Notes: generated by a model not told the origin, from the letters alone. A DNA stretch of 64,000 bases from Eledone cirrhosa (GCA_964016885.1 OZ024741.1:371690001-371754000), one strand, 5' to 3'. Positions 28,940 through 43,401 are shown, counted from the first letter of the stretch. Translations and numbers: made by a program.

Positions 28940-28985
28940 CACCACTGACGATGTTGCAGATGTGCAACGAAAGATTTATGATAAA
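28940..28985 (+). ncRNA. Minimal hammerhead core in the inverted pLTR
   Basis: CUGACGA-U-GUUGCA(GAUG)UGCAAC-GAAAG-AU-UUA with weak stem I; also at 35106-35150 (+) and 34972-35014 (minus). Confidence 0.6.
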
Positions 28986-29178
28986 CTATATATATGTGTT
29001 TGTGTCTATATTGTATCTGTATTATTTTTGACCGTCGGTCAGTCAATGGCAACATTGAGGACCGAATAAGTTAGATTACCGATATAAAAGACAGCGAGAA
29101 GCGAAAACCAACCAAACAGTGTGTTCTGTTATTAATTCTGGCAATATTACACAAATATGACCCTCCCCAAGTATAACA

Positions 29179-29241
<63 letters not shown>

Positions 29242-29659
29242 CATACATATATACATACAAACATATATACATATTCTTTCACTTTCAAATATGTCTGACT
29301 TTCAAATGTATATAGTGAAATAAAAAAAAAAAAAGAAAATAGGAAGTGAGCATAGAACGAATTGAAATATAATTGAAAGTTAAAGAAAACAACATGTGAA
29401 ACAGATATGGGAAGAAGAAATATACATTAACACATGCAGACACACACACACAAACACATATACACACACACATACATACACACACACACGCACACACAAA
29501 CACACATACACACGCGCGTACAGACAAGCTAACAGACATACACATATAGGCACAAAGACTGTAGAGACCCCGACAAGAGCATGGGAAGCTAATTAGGGAG
29601 ACTAATTATGGATTGGGCGAGTTTAAGTGAAGAATTAGATACTAACAGAAACTATTGTT

Positions 29660-31005
29660 ATTATTTTTCGGGTTTCACTTGAAGAGGAAAACCAGCGGGG
29701 AGAGGGAAGTGTTGCCTTCCAACCAATTTGTTGAATGGTGGGTGAGAGTAGCGAACATGGTTCGTGTGAATGGGCCTGCCATGAGTATTACGCGAACAGA
29801 GTGGCCGTGGCTTTTTGTGGGCTTTCTCCACGGGTGGCTTTCGGAGTCCCTCAACTTTTGGGGGAATATGTTAAGTTAGGTTTTTTTAAATGTTTATTTT
29901 TTTAGTCAGTCTCTGTTATAAATTCTATTTTACGCAAAAAAATTCCCACTGTACTGTCCTGTGCCGTCATTAATGTTTTTTTAATGTGAGCCCTGTGTGG
30001 CTAATAAAGAAATCATTGGAGGACAGGTTCCGTTGGTGAGGCGGTCTATCTGCGCCAGCACCCTCTACGCGGAGGGCTGGGCATGCCAGGGCTAATAATG
30101 TGCAAACATGCGCTGAAGGTGCAGCATCTCCAGATATTCTGCTTAAAGGGTGAACAGGTCCGCTCGCCGTTTGTCAGACGGGCCTTTCCGCAGCTCGTCT
30201 CTTTGACTGAGCTCAGACCCGGGTCAAGAAGAGACCGAAAGTGGGTGACTGGCATGTGGAATGTAGCCAGGCACTCAATGCCCTCTACCAGGCTGGTAAT
30301 GCGGCAAGTAGAACTTTCACTCCCGAGTTCTATAGAGGATTAGTGGTGGGCAAGTACGACGACGCACTCGGAGAGGCTCTCGTGTTCGTGCATTACTGAC
30401 TTGTTGAGTTATGTCGAACACCTGTTGTCGCTTGTAGAACTGATCCGGCTATCAGCCGAGTCCACAGTGAAGATCGACCCACTGCCTCCTTTTGGCCAGG
30501 AAGGGCAGACAATTTTCCTTTGTCTTATGGCAGTAGCGAAAGAGGTTGTATGGTGGACCAGGCTGAAAAGACTGAAGACAGACACTTTTCTCTTCGGCCA
30601 ATCCCTCATCAACTTTTTCAAATTTCACTTGGAAAAGAAGGTAAGGGTGGAGAGAGTGGAGTGCTGCCCCCAATACATTTGCTGAAAGGTGGGTTAATGT
30701 GGCGTGAATGGCCTATGTGAGTGGGCCTCCTCTGATCATGCGTCTGTAGGCTGGTGTATTTGAGGAGGAGAGGGGTGCCCTTCCCGGGTGCTCACGAAGC
30801 GTCAGGTGATTCAGGATTGGTGGGGTACTTGAGTCGCCCATGGTGGTGATCCCCCCTATTGAGGAATTTATTTTTATAGATATGTTATTTTTATAATTTT
30901 TCATTGTTAAATTAGTTTTGTTATTGTGTATTATCACTCAATCTTATGGTAAACCCCCACTGTCCCTGTCTTTGTGTTGTCCCCTACATGTCGGCCCCTG
31001 CGGCC
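29660..31005 (+). pseudogene. Two tandem 3' fragments of an L1/Tx1-type LINE
   Basis: HPLRGGLGMP.L....HALK..HL (~30058) and AVAKEVVWWTR (~30530). A first related 3' end terminates GCCCTGTGTGGCTAATAAAG at ~30010. Confidence 0.65.
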
Positions 31006-31006
31006 A

Positions 31007-31192
31007 GGTGGATTGGCAGTATCGGTAGAGGGTCGGATGCCATGCTTTCCAGCATAGTTACGTCCCTTTACGATCTGAGTTCAAATCCCGCCGAGGTTGA
31101 CTTTGCCTTTCATCCTTACGGGGTCGATAAAATAAAGTACCAGTAATGCACTGGGTAATTGCTGGCCTTGTGCCTAAAGTAGAAACAATTAT
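31007..31192 (+). mobile_element. Full-length SINE S1
   Basis: Match to 18008-18193. Confidence 0.9.
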
Positions 31193-31366
31193 TAGTTATT
31201 TTCTGTTTCTGATGACAAAATACGTTGCCGTTCCTTCCTACGTCTCTGCCACCCTGAACTATCAGTCAGCCGGAGAGACAATACATATAAACGAAAGAGA
31301 CAGCGAGCTTGCGCGCCTCTGTGGTGACCCCCCACCCGCACACAAACATTACATATACTATTTTGA

Positions 31367-31900
<534 letters not shown>

Positions 31901-31969
31901 TGCAGAAGGTGTGTTACGGGATAGGCTTTTGATTTTGATGGTGTGCAGATATTTCTAAGCGGGTGTCAG

Positions 31970-32661
<692 letters not shown>

Positions 32662-32848
32662 GGGGGGGGGGAATACATAAACGCACACTTCCATATATAA
32701 AGATATAAACAAAGACTGCTTCAGTGACTCCCACATACGGACATAGCGGAAGGAATAAATTCAAGCACACGCACCCATATTCGCAAACATATACGCATTC
32801 TTATATAGACACACACAGACATGTGCTTATAGGAACAAATATAAACGT

Positions 32849-32934
<86 letters not shown>

Positions 32935-33092
32935 ATACTTTGGGAGGGTCATGTTGCCAATAAGAAACACACGCACCAGTTGCTTTCACTTCAATTTATT
33001 ATATATTTATAAATTTATAAATTTACAAATTTACAAACTTATAAATTTCTGGTTGGTTGGTTGGTTCCACAACCAGATAGTTGTTTATATAT

Positions 33093-33137
33093 AGTCATAG
33101 TCCTTTCGTCACACACTCTGTGACCTCTTCAGTGACT
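33093..33137 (-). ncRNA. Canonical minimal type I hammerhead ribozyme
   Basis: AGUCA-CUGAAGA-G-GUCACA(GAGUG)UGUGAC-GAAAG-GA-CUA-UGACU: all core nucleotides and all three stems are intact. Confidence 0.85.
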
Positions 33138-33402
33138 GCGGATTCCTTTCTTTGTTTCTGTGCCTTTCCTTTCTCCTATCCTACGCCATTTTGTTTCTGT
33201 GTGTGTGTTGTGTGCTCAGTTTTCGCATGCGCCACATCCGGGTGTCTGTGTGTGTTTGTGTTCATTTATCTATTTGTTTATTTATTTATTGTTGGTTGGT
33301 TGTTTGTTCTATGTGTGTGTGTGTTTTCATTTTGTCCTGTGTGTGTTTTCATTTTGTCCTTAATTGTAAGTTGTTTGTTCTATGTGTGTTTTCATTTTGT
33401 CC

Positions 33403-34678
33403 TTAATTGTAAGTTGTGATGTTGCTGTTCCACTCATATTTTCTATTTAATTTTGGTTTTAATTCTTTTATGCTTACTGCCTCTGTAATTTGCCTAAACA
33501 TTGCGTCTTTTCTGTGTGTGGATTCTATTTTTATTTCTATGCTCTCTAATCTACCCCTGTGTTCTATCTTAGCATGTTGGTAGAGCACAGATGATTCTTT
33601 ATTATGTTGGAGGTCTCGCCAGTGTTCATTTATTCGTTCCCCTATACTACGAGCTGTCTCACCTATGTACACTATATTTTTGTTTCTACATTGTCCTTCA
33701 GTACATCTTATGCTGTACACTACATTTCTAGTTTTACAGTTAATATGGGGGCTTATTTTACAGGTTATACATTTCTTATCTATACATGAGGGTCTTTGGA
33801 ACGGGTATGTCTTGCTAATGAGTGTTTTTACGGAGGTACCAGGTCTTTCTACTATCTTAATATTGAGATTATGTTTATTTAGGGCCCTTCTAAATGTGTA
33901 GGCTAGTTCGCCTCTAGGGGTTGTATTGATGAACATTACACTCTGGTATTTATTGCTATCATACCATGAGTTTATTCTATTGGCCTTGTTCCTAGTTCTT
34001 TCTATTCTATTCCAAAATTTGCTCCTATACAAGGGGCAGGTCCCATTTATGTCATTATTTACCATTTTTTCCCATTTGGTTCTGGCTCCTTTATACACTC
34101 TGATTCTATCTCTCTGATTGTAGCCGGAGAACTGCATACGGTGGATGAAGTGTTGTATGTGTCTCTCTAGTTCTTCGGGGTTGCACATGCGGGACACATT
34201 TCTCATCACCCGTACCAAATCCGCAATCAGTATGTTGATTTTGGTATGGTCCGAAATTGCCGAGTTTCGGTGGATCAGATGTTTGGAAGTCATGGGTTTG
34301 GCATAATGGGAATGGAGGATTTGTTTTTGGTTGTTAATGGTATCTAATCAGAGCTCTGTGTCTAGTACAGGTAATCGATGGTTGGGGTGTCTACTTGGGT
34401 AGTCTATAGTAACTCTAATGCTCTGGTGGATGGAGTTTGCTATTTGCTGGATGCTTTCCATTGTGTTTTTCTCTAGTTCCTGACTGTTCTTTAGTGGGGG
34501 TGTCTTAACTACGATGTTTATATCATCTACGTAGCGGGAGTACATTATCAGGGTTAAGCTGTCTTCTAATTGTTCATTAAGTTTTTGTTTAAGTCTACTG
34601 TCCCACCATACCATGAATAAGTTAGCTATGTCGCCTGCAATGCTAACACCAATGGCTGCTCCTTCCTCTTGGGCATAT
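33403..34678 (-). pseudogene. PLE RT (motifs B', C) through GIY-YIG, with one in-frame TGA
   Basis: YAQEEGAAIGVSIAGDIANLFM..YSRYVDD..LPVLDTEL*LDT..HYAKPM..NVVYSIRC..YIGETARSIGERINEH..RQITEA. ORFs 34348-34614 and 33403-34293 are in one frame. Confidence 0.9.
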
Positions 34679-34721
34679 GTTTAAAATTTGTTTGGGTGTG
34701 TGTGGGTGAGTTATATATATA

Positions 34722-35406
34722 AATTAGTTTTGCGAGGTTTTTTATATGAAATCGTGTGTCGAAACAAATATTGTTATACTTGGGGAGGGTCATATTTGTG
34801 TAATATTGCCAGAATTAATAACAGAACACACTCACTGTTTGGTTGGTTTTCGCTTCTCGCTGTCTTTTATATCGGTAATCTAACTTACTCGGTCCTCAAT
34901 GTTGCCATTGACTGACCGACGGTCAAAAATAATACAGATACAATATAGACACAAACACATATATATAGTTTATCATAAATCTTTCGTTGTACATCTGCAA
35001 CATCGTCAGTGGTGTTATATTCATTGTTCCTCCTGTTGTGTTGTATGTCTACGCCATTTTTATAAAAATGGCGTAGACATGCAACACAACAGGAGGAAAA
35101 TATAACACCACTGACGATGTTGCAGATGTGCAACGAAAGATTTATGATAAACTATATATATGTGTTTGTGTCTATATTGTATCTGTATTATTTTTGACCG
35201 TCGGTCAGTCAATGGCAACATTGAGGACCGAGTAAGTTAGATTACCGATATAAAAGACAGCGAGAAGCGAAAACCAACCAAACAGTGAGTGTGTTCTGTT
35301 ATTAATTCTGGCAATATTACACAAATATGACCCTCCCCAAGTATAACAATATTTGTTTCGACACACGATTTCATATACAAAACCTCGCAAAACTAATTCA
35401 TCGCCG

Positions 35407-35409
<3 letters not shown>
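34722..35409. mobile_element. Head-to-head perfect pLTR palindrome (27025-type)
   Basis: Centre CATTTTTA|TAAAAATG at 35062/35063 with no spacer; ~340-bp arms; ~10-nt extra tail CATCGCCGC on the right arm; (TA)n flanks. Confidence 0.9.
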
Positions 35410-35447
<38 letters not shown>

Positions 35448-35448
35448 G

Positions 35449-36340
35449 GAAAATTTGAACAGGAACAAAACAGAGAGGCAGTACAACGAATGTTTATTAA
35501 TTTCACGCTCTGGAGAGTGGGGTGGTGGTGGGGAACGACGTTTCGGGCATAAGCCCTTCCTCAGGTGAGAAGTGTGTGGGAAGAGAGTTCAAAGGGTGTG
35601 TAGGGGAGTGGTGGAGAGACATATAGCGAAAAGGGGGTGGGAGGAAACGTTGCGAATGAAATTAAAAATAAAAATAAAAATAAAGCATGATCAAAATAAA
35701 ATGAAATGAAATAAAAATAAATATAAAAGCATGATCAAAATAAACTGAAATTAAAAAGGGGTAAAACAGGTGGTGGAAGGGTGTGGGGTGTGTAGGGGTG
35801 GTGGCGGGTGGAGTGGGGAGAGGGAGACGGGGTGTCCGAGCGAGGAGGGCTGAAGGTGGTGTGTGTGTGTAGGTGTACGTGTGTGTGTGTGTGTGTGTAT
35901 GTGAAAGCAAGGGTTGGGGGAAGAACGGGGTTGCATGTTCAGGAAGCGGTGTGTGTGGGGTGGGGTGTAGCTCGGAGTGTGTGTGCGTGTGTGGATAGAG
36001 GGGTGGGGGGAGAGGAATCCGGAGGCTGAAGGTGTAAATATGTGGTGGAAACCACGCGTGTGTGAGGTTTAAGCGTGTTGTGGGTGTAGGTGGCGTGTGG
36101 GAGAAAAAATTTTTTTTTGGGTGTGTGGGTGAGTTATATAGGTGATTCCGTAAGAGGATGTGGATGAAATGTTGGTAAACTCCTATGATGGTAGTAGATT
36201 CCACGGTCAAGCTCCACATACGAGTATTCCATGAAGAGATGGTCGGAAGAGGAGAGATGTGGGGTGCGCGCGCAACAGGAAGTGGTCAAGGCAGTGGGAG
36301 TGCTGTGTGTCTGTTTGTGCTGGGAGGTGGTCAGAGGGCA
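35449..36340 (-). mobile_element. Decayed PLE 3' end (Neptune/Poseidon-like) with hammerhead core
   Basis: CUGAGGA-A-GGGC(UUAU)GCCC-GAAAC-GUC at 35535-35566, followed by AATAAA; an LPVAR remnant near 36270-36285. Confidence 0.45.
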
Positions 36341-36622
36341 TAGCAGCAGTCGGGTGGATGGTAAAGGGGCGAGGATGGGTAGGTGTGAAAGTTGGAGTGA
36401 GGAGGGTGTGTGTGTGTGTATTAGTAGAGGTGTTAGTGGGATGAGTGAGTGTGACAATACATATACAGAGAAAGCCTTAAGCGATACTCCGACCCTTTTA
36501 CATCTCACTCAACAAACATTAGGATATACCTAAGTATTATCCCAATTTAGTGTTTGGGATGCTAACTAATCAGTATTTCGTGGATAGCTGGTTGTATTAT
36601 TTTATGAGACATTATTAAATAA

Positions 36623-36806
36623 ATTGGCAGTATCGGTAGAGAGTCGGACGCCATGCTTTGACGTATAGAGTTACGGCCCTTGCCAGTCTGAGTTCAAATC
36701 CCGCCGAGGTTAACTTTGCCTTTCATCCTTACGGGGTCGATAAAATAAAGTACCAGTAATACACTGGATAATTGCTGGCCTTGTGCCAAAAGTAGAAACA
36801 ATTATT
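36623..36806 (+). mobile_element. SINE S1
   Basis: Match to the S1 consensus seen in this window. Confidence 0.9.
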
Positions 36807-36855
36807 AAATAAATATCTCTTTCCTTCCAGACGGCCGTTTCGTTATAAGATTTCT

Positions 36856-36892
<37 letters not shown>

Positions 36893-36910
36893 TTAATATA
36901 GATGAGATTC

Positions 36911-36955
36911 TACAGGACTAGAACTGTTTCATTCTTTAGAAATCATCAGGAATCT
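36911..36955 (-). ncRNA. Hammerhead-like core (family H4)
   Basis: CUGAUGA-U-UUCU(AA)AGAA-U-GAAAC-AGUUC-UAGUCCUGUAGAA; degenerate relatives at ~13970 (+), ~16520-16560 (minus) and ~38345-38395 (+). Stems I and III are not convincing. Confidence 0.4.
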
Positions 36956-37165
36956 GGGTATCAAAAAATAAGTATGGTATTTATAGGTCTCTACAAGTGG
37001 TAGAAGAGGGTGGGGAGTGGGATGGGTATAGGTCATTGGTTGATAGAAAAGGGAATTCATTAAAAGCTAATTCTACAAAGCTATAGATTATTTTTATTTT
37101 TAGAGTAACAAAGGCAGAAAGAATTCTATGATGGCATATGTATATGTATATATATATATATGGAA

Positions 37166-37349
37166 ATAATTGTTTCTACTTTTGGCACAAGGCCAGCAAT
37201 TACCCGTTCATTGCTGGTACTTTATTTTATCGACCCCGTAAGGATGAAAGGCAAAGTCAACCTCGGCGGGATTTGAACTCAGATCGTAAAGGGACGTAAC
37301 TATGCTGGAAAGCATGGCGTCCGACCCTCTACCAATACTGCCAATCCAC
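37166..37349 (-). mobile_element. SINE S1
   Basis: Match to S1; inverted relative to the 36623 copy. Confidence 0.9.
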
Positions 37350-37446
37350 AATAATAACAATATTTATACTTACATATGTTTAATATACAATATAAATATG
37401 GAGGGTAGTAAGTACTAACCGGTTACCATATATATATGTGTGAGTA

Positions 37447-37541
<95 letters not shown>

Positions 37542-38504
37542 GAGAGAGAGAGGGGGTTGCTACATAGCTAGATAGATAAATATGTTGGTAGATAGATAGG
37601 TAGCTAGGTAGGTAAAGTAAGTAGATAGAGAGAGAGAGAGAGAAAGAGCGAGAGAGAGAGGGGGTTGCTACATAGCTAGATAGATAAATATGTTGGTAGA
37701 TAGATAGGTAGCTAGGTAGGTAAAGTAAGTAGATAGAGAGAGGGGGAGAGAAAGATAGAGAAAGAGAGATAGAAAGAAAGAGAAAAAAGTGGGAGAAAGA
37801 AAGATAGATAGAGAGAGAGAGGGGTAGAAAGAAAGATATATATATATATTCATAGATAAATATATGATAATGCTGGGTGGTAGATTTATAGGTATATAAA
37901 TATCATTTACAGATTGGGTTACTCGATACATGTGACATCTTGGACATGGGTTGACCCCTAACTTGTGAGAGAAATAGGATATAAACCCGTCGGATGGACT
38001 GTACCTATAATTTAAAGGGCCAGTGTCTCCCTGAAACGCCCTTAGAATTTTACGTTAAAGGTACACGTGTGTACGGAATACTCAGCCACCTACATGTTAA
38101 TTACATGAGTAAGCTGTTTCGTTGATCGAACAACTGGGACACTCATCGTCGAAACAGACAGAGGTCCATTTATTCTTTCATATTTTATACATGTGTGTGT
38201 AAGTGTTTGTTTTAAAGTTTGTTTACGTTTATGTCCCGTAACTTACGGGTTCGACAAAAACGAGATCGATTGAATAAGTACTAGACTTCGGTAAATAAAT
38301 ACTGGAGTCAATATGATCGACTAAATGAGTACACTGCTGGCACTCTTGATGATTTCATACGAATGAAATAGTTCTAGTCCTGTAGAAGTCATTTCTATAT
38401 AAAATAAAGATGACTTAACTCTACTAACTTATTTAACTCGGGAACGTACATATATTTATAGATATATCACGGCTAAATAAGTTGGTATATATATTTATAG
38501 AAAA

Positions 38505-38691
38505 AAAGTTTAACCACGACGGCAGAGCCCAAGCCGTTTCGACGGCTATTTCTGAGTCCAGAAATAGCCGTCGAAACGGCTTGAGCTCTGCCGTCGGGGT
38601 TAAACTTTTTCCTATTACCCACTCTACTACCCTAAGCATTGAGTACTCTGGTGCGTTGTAGTCCACGTGGTTCCTTACCACACCTCCTTCG

Positions 38692-38695
<4 letters not shown>
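38505..38695 (+). mobile_element. H3-family fold-back remnant
   Basis: ~50-bp inverted arms around AGTC, then a tail ending CTCCTTCGTT(AT)n. Confidence 0.6.
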
Positions 38696-38724
<29 letters not shown>

Positions 38725-38925
38725 GTGTGTGTATATTTTGTTTCTTTTGTCGAGGCAAAGCTGGGTCGCTGAGCGCAGCAGTCTTGAAGAAGTGAAATTT
38801 ATTTGCCGTCGTTTGTTGAGAAAGACTGATATATAAGTAAAGGCACCTCCCCCTCCTTTCATCATATAGCTCTCGGCATCTGACTGCAACAGATCCATAG
38901 GAACAACAACAACAACAATAACAAA

Positions 38926-38960
<35 letters not shown>

Positions 38961-40793
38961 CTCTGTCACTACGACTACCACTACTATTGCAGCAGGCAAT
39001 GACTATACACGAAGGATGTGTGTTATGTGGTCTTCTTCCTAATTTACTAGAAACAATAGGGAAGATTTATAAATACTTCTGAAACAACAACAAACAAACC
39101 AGAACGATTTTTTTGGAGACTAAATTAATTTAATCCTGGATTATATTATCGTTATGAGATCTCTTACACGAACAACTGACAATATAATGTGATGTTAAGG
39201 TAAATATATTTAATGTTTTAAACTTTAAACTAAACTTTGATAAACTTTCTTAATGTTAAGATAATAATTTCAAATTTTAAATGCTTTCAACTCTTACTTT
39301 TTTCGATTTAATTTTGTCTTCGTTCTTTCCTTCTTCGTTTCGTGTGTTTGTGTTTTTGTTATTGCTGAAGTTATCGTCGTCGTCGTCGTTGTTGTTGTAG
39401 TCGTTGTTGTCTCTGTTGTTGTTGTTGTGGTCTTTGTTGTTGTTGTTGTCTTTGTTGTGGTGGTGGTCTTTGTTGTTGTCTCTCATTGTTGTTGTTGTCC
39501 CCTATTATTCTTTTTATGGTGTATTGTTACAGTTACATTGTCTTTGGGTCAAGTATAAATATTCGTCAGACTCTCACCCACTCACCGTTTACAATATAAA
39601 CATTATATATATATGCGATTCTTATTACACACACACATACATAGAGAGAGAGGGGCACAGAGAGAGAGAAAGAGAGGAGGCGGGGGAGTTTTGACGAAAC
39701 CTCGGTAAACTATGTACCAGTGTTGAAAAAATAAGTAGTAGGGTCGATATGATTGACTAAAATCCCTTTAAGGTATATATATGTGTGCGCATACGTGTGT
39801 GTGTGTGTGTATATGTTTGTGTGTATGTATGTATGACAAATATATTAAGGATGCCTCAACAATGCATCAAGAGCCAAACTACCGGCATTCCGATATAGTG
39901 ACACGGTTTCGATCTTCGCGTGAAGTCATTTCATGATACGTACTTCCTTATATTTCTCCATATCGCTAATTCTTTTCAAGATTATCGCACTTGCCACTTC
40001 CTTGCTTCTAATATTTAGGGTCTCTTGTACCCGGGTAAATGAGTCTGACATACTGATCACAATTGATACTTAACTCCATATCACCCCTCCCCGATGAAAC
40101 AGACCTATTATCAAAGACATTCCAGCCGTGACCAATGGATCGTTCCTTTTATTGGTGTAATTTTAGGGAGGTTTACTGCTGTGTGAAAAACATATCTACA
40201 AATTATAGCTTCCAATAATATATAACGTGTATATAAAATATACTTTAACATATAACCTGCATATGATGTGTATATAGTGTGCTAAATATGACTTGTATAT
40301 AGTGTGTAATATATGACTTGTATATAGGTTGTAATAGGTAACCGGTAATAGTGTGTATGTGTATAAGATTAGCGCGACATACAAGATGTCGTATAATAGG
40401 CATGTCAAACAGAGTACCCCGAGGGCCACATGGGTCACATATGTGTTGTCTGAGGGCCACAACATTTTTTTTTTATTTTAGAAGACAAAACATGCTCGCG
40501 TTGTAAAAACCTTTGTGCGGTACGCAGGTGCACTTGTAAAGGGCCGCATTCCATATAACCTTTAGTTACGGCCATTTATGTCGTGAGTTCAAATTCTACC
40601 GAGGTCAACTTTGCCATTCATCCTTCTGGGGTAGATGAAGTATGGTACCAGTTATTTACTGGAGTCGATATAATCAGCTATACCCTGTCCTTAAATGTGT
40701 GGCCTTTGTGTCTATGTTAAAAATCAATATATCATGTGTATATATAGTGAGTGTGTAGTGTGCAATACACAAACTCGTGCAAAGTTAGTTATA

Positions 40794-40917
40794 AGCTCAC
40801 ACCAGATGTGAAATGTAGGCTCAGGCCAGATGTGAAATGTAGGCTCACACCAGATGTGAAATGTAGGCTCAGGCCAGATGTGAAATGTAGGCTCAGGCCA
40901 GATGTGAAATGTAGGCC
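40794..40917 (+). repeat. 24-bp minisatellite, 5 copies
   Basis: CCAGATGTGAAATGTAGGCTCA(CA/GG) repeated. Confidence 0.9.
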
Positions 40918-42026
40918 TTATTTCAAACTGCCGTTCAAGTATTTTAATAATTAGTACTTGACAAAATATTTTGATCCGGGTTTACGAATATATACATACA
41001 TATGTATCTTGTATCCATATATACAAAGTCTTCCCCACCCCCATTTTAAATCGTAGGTCTATCCCGTAATGACTTACCTGACCAGGTAACACATAACCTG
41101 TAATATAGTGTGTAAATTGTGTGTATGCTTTAGTGGTTTACTCTTTCCACTGTGTGATACAATTGAAAACATAATGGGTACACGTGTCTATGGAATAGTC
41201 TGCTACTTACTCGTTTATGCCGTTGATTGAACAACGGGAACATTCATCGTCGGAACCGACGGAGATCCATTCCACAACTGGAATATATTCACAAATTATT
41301 TATATGGCAATAGAGTCTAATTCATCGCCATTGGATCCGCTGAAAACAGCAGCCAAATCTCTTGCAAATCATGATTTAAACAAGGAAGTATATATATATA
41401 TATATATACATTGGATAATATAGTCTTCTCTCTCTCTGGATCCCCGTCCGTTTTGACGATGAGTGTCCAATGTTCAATCAATGAAACAGCCTGCTCAAGA
41501 AATTTACGTTAGCTGAGCATTCCACAGACACGTGTACTCTTAACGGAATTTTCATGGAGATTTGGTCTGACACAGTGTGTGGTAACGCTGACACTTTGAA
41601 TTACAAGTACATTCCATTCAACATACTTCCAAACTACCCACTTTTATTGACAAGGCATGATTCGCCCCGATGCTATGGTAAATGATACTTGTCTAAGATG
41701 CAACACAGTAAAATTGAACCCGGGATCTAATGATTGCAAAGCGAACTTCTTAACCATTCGGCCATGCTGCGTTCACAATCATAAATACACTCTTTGAAAA
41801 TCTGATTAGGTAGTCGGCTGGAAGACCGTTGATTAGTTTAGTTCAGTCAGGAATGACGTGGGACAAACAACAATAATGTTTTTCGAAGATATTGGTTTTT
41901 TTTCGAAGGGTTAAAATCATATTTTCAAAGGCCTAAAAATTGTTTTTCAAGGGTTTAAAGTTTTTTCAAAGGCCTTTAAAAAAAGCTTTAAACCCTTGAA
42001 AAACAACTATAAAAATAATTAAATTA

Positions 42027-42320
42027 ATGCTGCTGATGTTGTTTCTGCTGCTATTGGTGTTGTAGCTTCTTCTGCTGCTGCTCATGCTGTTATTACTATT
42101 GTTGCTATTGCTGCTGATGTTGTTGCTATTGTTGCTATTGCTGTTACTGCTGCTCTGGCTGCTGATGTTGCTATTGTTGTTGTTGATGTTGCTACTGTTG
42201 CTATTGCTGCTATTGTTGCTGTTGTTGCTGATGTTGCTATTGATGCTGATACTGTTGTTGATGCTGTTGCTGATGCTAATGTTATTGCTAGTGATGCTGT
42301 TGCTATTCATCTGTTGCTGC
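42027..42320. repeat. Degenerate (CTG/TTG/ATG)n trinucleotide tract
   Basis: Seen directly; a similar (TTG)n tract lies at 39375-39500. Confidence 0.9.
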
Positions 42321-43401
42321 TTAGCGCCCAGTTTTGTTATGACCACACTAACATATGATCAAAAACCCTTTCATCTGTTTTTAAATATATCTAGAAAACA
42401 CAGTCCAACCTACCCTGCCAACCTACCCTGCGTATTTGTTTGATTTGAGGGCAATTTAGGTACAATTTCTCAAAAGTCGAGCAACTGCATAGAGGCGTTT
42501 CATTAGGTTGTTTATCTTCATCCTGTTAATGTTAATGTTTTATTAGTGTCGTTTACCTTAGGGTGGTGGATTGGTAGTATCGGTATAGGGGCGGTGCAAG
42601 CATTTCTGAATTGGAGAGGTCAAATTTGGTCAATTTAGTTGTAGTGTTTCACCTGCCCCTTCCTTCTGTTGTCTCCATCTGTTTATGTACTTACGGACGA
42701 TTACATGATTTTTAACTTATTTTTTAACAATTTATGATTTCAAATTGTCTTAACAATTGTCTTAACTCGGGCCGCAACTCATCGTGTCTGACAATCTTAC
42801 CGGCTACATAGCCTCTTCTTTTTATATACACTGTTCAATGACGTTGGTTGGGGCGCGGGGGTGAGGGAGGGGCTGTAGTTATAACCTTTGGTGTAGAAAC
42901 ACAACGTACACATCATACTGTAGAAATAATATTGAACTTTTGAAATAATATTGAACTCCCACGCGCATGCACACGCACATTTAACACATATATATGTGTA
43001 CGTACATCACCACACACACACACACACACGCATATAACACACCCACACATACATACGTTCACTCAGTCACAATAGGGAGTAAGAAATATAATATTTGCGG
43101 ATATTTATATGTGTGCGCGCGCGTGTGTATGTATGTTTATATATATATGCATTAGTTTATATTATAATATATATATATAAATAGACTGTATACATGTGTA
43201 TATTTATGTGTTTGTATGTATATATTTATGTGTGTACATACACATGTAAATATATATATATATATATAAGCAAAGAGATATTTAATTTGTTGGTTATTCA
43301 ACACATTTATTTATAACAGATTCGAAGCACTCTACAATATTCTTCTGGAGTATAATATCAATGATATTAATACATGGAAACTATCTTTATAAAACCATAT
43401 T

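Larger units (their letters stand above)
27025..29183 (-). mobile_element. 5'-truncated Penelope-like element (Nematis-like) with an inverted 3' duplication
   Basis: ORF remnant plus 3' pLTR on the minus strand. 28527-29183 is an inverted copy of ~27075-27731, joined at a short GGT microhomology. (TA)n on both flanks. Clade call is from recalled motifs only. Confidence 0.85.
32930..34680 (-). mobile_element. Second, diverged Nematis-like PLE, 5'-truncated within RT
   Basis: ORF plus 3'UTR with a hammerhead, ending GACCCTCCCAAAGTATAACAA(TA)n. Confidence 0.85.

Noticed and set aside
40751-40954. ORF with (T/R)PDVKCRL repeats
   Set aside because: By-product of a 24-bp minisatellite.
41966-42443. 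Poly-N/S or poly-L protein
   Set aside because: Degenerate trinucleotide repeat with no flanking coding signal.
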